A stretch of 64,000 bases of DNA from Candidatus Bathyarchaeota archaeon (GTDB taxonomy: Archaea > Thermoproteota > Bathyarchaeia > Bathyarchaeales > Bathycorpusculaceae): the NCBI GenBank assembly GCA_963780185.1, contig CAWABA010000006.1:448001-512000 (forward strand), written 5' to 3'. The notes under the pieces were generated by a model. That model made no database searches and was not told where the DNA came from. It worked only from the letters and a program-made list of their open reading frames with translations. Within the stretch, counting starts at the first letter, position 1. Each line of letters begins with the position of its first letter. Positions 61,361-64,000 of this stretch are shown here, one piece after another. The position numbers and the translations under genes are program-made.

Positions 61361-62203
61361 GTGAAAACGCCTATAATCTTTTCGGAAAACTGCTTGGAAT
61401 ATGGGAAAAGGCGTAAAGAAAGTCCAAGTAGAGTGAGATCTGTGCAGAAAGCACTTGAAAGGGAAGCCTACTCTTTTTTATCCCCTAGTCCCGCCTCTAA
61501 AGAAGATTTGCTCAAGGTACATAATTTGGATTATGTTGAAGGTGTAATGAGCGGCCTTTTTGCAGATAGGGAAACGCCTTCTTTTGACAACATTTATGAA
61601 TATGCTCGTCTTTCGGCGGGGGGTGCAATACTGGCGGCAAAAAAAGGAGGCTTTTCAATTATGAGACCACCAGGGCATCACGCTGGAAAAAATGGCCGGG
61701 CTTTATGCGCTAAAACCAGAGGGTACTGCTACTTTAACAATATTGCTATTGCAGTTAAAAATATAGATAGACCGACTTTGATATTAGATATTGACGGGCA
61801 TCATGGAAATGGAACACAAGAGATTTTTCAAGGCAACGAGAAAGTCACTTATGTATCTTTGCATCGCAATCCAGAATATCCCGGCACGGGTTCCTTTTCA
61901 GAGGGAAACTGCTTGAATTTCCCATTAGATCCCGACTGCGGTGAAAAAATTTACCTGAAAACATTCGAAAAAGCTTTGGGAGCCGTCGCCGAGAAAAAGT
62001 TTGATGCAGTCGCAGTTTCGGTGGGCTTTGATACTCTCCTTGGAGATATAGGGTCACTTGGTCTAAAAGAATTGACCTACAAAGAAATTGGCAAGAAGAT
62101 AGCGGCGCTTAGAATCCCTACGTTTTTTGTTCTTGAAGGGGGATACAAAATCCAAAAGATAGGATTATGCACGAGCTATTTTCTGCAAGGTTTCGAGGGA
62201 TAG
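61361..62203 (+). CDS. Histone-deacetylase-family amidohydrolase
   Basis: RPPGHHA, GYCYFNN, DIDGHHGNGTQ, GFD, LEGGY. Confidence 0.93.
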   Translation: MKTPIIFSENCLEYGKRRKESPSRVRSVQKALEREAYSFLSPSPASKEDLLKVHNLDYVEGVMSGLFADRETPSFDNIYEYARLSAGGAILAAKKGGFSIMRPPGHHAGKNGRALCAKTRGYCYFNNIAIAVKNIDRPTLILDIDGHHGNGTQEIFQGNEKVTYVSLHRNPEYPGTGSFSEGNCLNFPLDPDCGEKIYLKTFEKALGAVAEKKFDAVAVSVGFDTLLGDIGSLGLKELTYKEIGKKIAALRIPTFFVLEGGYKIQKIGLCTSYFLQGFEG

Positions 62204-62328
62204 CATTTTCAACTCGATTATTACGGTTGCACTTTTTTTTAAAAAATCGTGCGAAAGTCAATAAGTAACTTTTTCGATAGGAATTCTGCAGGGTTTTCGA
62301 TGCGGCTAGGCTCTCTTCTTTAGATATT

Positions 62329-63720
62329 CTAAGTCGGCGTCCAATTCGCGAAGGTCTTGCAAGCTATTTTAAAGTATATTGGATCAGTAGCAAGTGACAA
62401 TCGAAAATGCGTTCTTTCAGTTTGAGCGAGATCTCGAGAAGAGATAAAACAGGCTTCCGGAACAGTTGAGAGGCCAACGTCATGAATCAATTCAGAAGTT
62501 ATTCTTATTGGATCTTTGAATCTGAAGTCTTTCCTTGAAAACATAACATTGTAACTTTTCATTTTTTTGGGGCAATTCTCAAGCTTTGAGTTTAACAAAG
62601 CCTTGAATATGTCGAAATTATGGTGAAAAACACTTACCTGTCTTTCAAAGTGTTCTATGTGAATTCTGTAGATATTGTCAAGGTCTTCGGAAAGAAATAT
62701 CTTTTCAAAGAATTGCCTGCTTTGTCTAGACCTTATTAAACCATCAGAATCATAAAGTTGACACAACTTTTTACGGTTTGGTTGATCAATTTTGCCCTTG
62801 CTGTTTTTAGCAACATTTTCCATGCGTAACCATAAATCCAATATCAGCGGAGTTACTCCAGTCATTGATGGATTCTCGGACAGGCGAAATTGCCATTCCC
62901 CGATACCTTCAGCCATGGGTTTAGGGCAGAATGCCCAACCTAAACGAAGACCTGGAAGCGCACACGTTTTTGAAATTGAATTGACTATAATCAAACGGTT
63001 GTTGATGTCTGAATTTAATGCCGTAGAAAAACAATTGAATTCTGCATCTGGACCGATGTCAAACTCACAAACTCTATCGTAAATTAACCACGATCCTAGT
63101 TGTTTTGACACCTTTAAAATTCCATCCAGAAAGTGTTGGTCATACGATTGACCAGTTGGATTCGATGTGTTACAGAGCACAACAACGTTGGGTCGAAAAT
63201 GATTCATTGCATCCATTGCATTCTCCACGAGAACAGGCGTAGTCGGATCTTTGGGGATGACCTGATAAAGCTGACCTCCGGTCATCTTTACTACTCTTTC
63301 AAAGATAGGATAAGTGTAGTCAATAATGAGTACTTTCAATGGTTGCAGTTTTGCTATGTAGCTCATTGCTCCTGATATTGCTCCAGCTGCACCAAACGTT
63401 ACTACAGCGGAATGAGAATCGGAAAGTTGAGTAGCAACCTGCCTCCCTGCTCCAAATGACTCGTAAGCTTCAATCATTTTAGTCAGAGGTGGATACCCTG
63501 TGCCATTTGTGTAACACTGCAAGAGGTCCGTTTTATCATACTCTCTTCGAAGAAAGGACCGGTATAAGGGAGGAGGGTCTAACTCATTCGCACCTGAGGA
63601 TAGAAAAAAAAGTTTCGATCGCATTGGTGTTTTGTAGACAGCTAGTTGCTCGTCCACAATGGCGGTTAATAGGGTATCTCCGTAAGGAAGGAAATCTTTG
63701 GTATTATTCATTTTACTCAT
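62329..63720 (-). CDS. PLP-dependent class I/II aminotransferase-fold enzyme
   Basis: NTSNPTG, IYD, NSISK..LPGLRLGW, FRLSL. Confidence 0.9.
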   Translation of the reverse strand: MSKMNNTKDFLPYGDTLLTAIVDEQLAVYKTPMRSKLFFLSSGANELDPPPLYRSFLRREYDKTDLLQCYTNGTGYPPLTKMIEAYESFGAGRQVATQLSDSHSAVVTFGAAGAISGAMSYIAKLQPLKVLIIDYTYPIFERVVKMTGGQLYQVIPKDPTTPVLVENAMDAMNHFRPNVVVLCNTSNPTGQSYDQHFLDGILKVSKQLGSWLIYDRVCEFDIGPDAEFNCFSTALNSDINNRLIIVNSISKTCALPGLRLGWAFCPKPMAEGIGEWQFRLSENPSMTGVTPLILDLWLRMENVAKNSKGKIDQPNRKKLCQLYDSDGLIRSRQSRQFFEKIFLSEDLDNIYRIHIEHFERQVSVFHHNFDIFKALLNSKLENCPKKMKSYNVMFSRKDFRFKDPIRITSELIHDVGLSTVPEACFISSRDLAQTERTHFRLSLATDPIYFKIACKTFANWTPT

Positions 63721-63826
63721 TTATACAGCCTCACTCAAATCTGCGTGAGAATAACTCTAACAACGGTCTTTTTAGAAAAATGGAGGTCATTCGATAATAA
63801 CCCCTGAGAAGATGTTTGTCAAGAAA

Positions 63827-64000
63827 CTACCTTCTTTTTTTTCCATAATTGAAGTAATCAGGATTCACCAAATGTGCATCCGTTCCCGTTTTCAGAAGGT
63901 TAATAATAGAAATCGTAGCCATATCGCCAGCAGCACGAAGTGCTGAAAATGTGTTGTATCCGGCATATTCTTTTGACCAAAAAAACTGACCAGGAGAAAG
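63827..64000 (-). CDS. C-terminus of a gene entering from the right, possibly D-2-hydroxyacid dehydrogenase-like
   Basis: ...YAGYNTFSALRAAGDMATISIINLLKTGTDAHLVNPDYF...; partial only. Confidence 0.4.
   Translation of the reverse strand, partial: LSPGQFFWSKEYAGYNTFSALRAAGDMATISIINLLKTGTDAHLVNPDYFNYGKKRR

Overview
Archaeal chromosomal segment, most likely Bathyarchaeia/TACK (an inference from archaeal-type tRNAs and TATA promoters, a CdvB-type ESCRT-III, a group 4 [NiFe]-hydrogenase and PEF-like anchored surface proteins). Left end: a complex-I-ordered (A-B-CD-H-I-J-K) membrane hydrogenase operon. Middle: signalling, glucan phosphorylase, secreted proteins, an ABC exporter with HtrA, glycosyltransferases, tRNA-Ser, tRNA-Val, pirin/thioredoxin, ESCRT-III, a BlaI/M56 pair, ileS and a large PQQ-propeller/PKD surface protein. 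Right end: a visibly AT-richer accessory region after tRNA-Ala. About ten genes carry single-base frameshifts, probably long-read errors. Most interesting by eye: (1) a two-module intergenic repeat family with a covarying inverted repeat (five copies of one module, two of the other); (2) a DUF2400-like protein fused to a T7-endonuclease-I-like nuclease; (3) two operators matching the mycobacterial BlaI box at an archaeal BlaI locus; (4) four Zn-finger-type microproteins missed by the ORF track; (5) a tRNA-Ala-adjacent enzyme cluster with an atypical Fe-ADH and a CorA-like protein. All family calls are motif recognition from memory; no searches were run.
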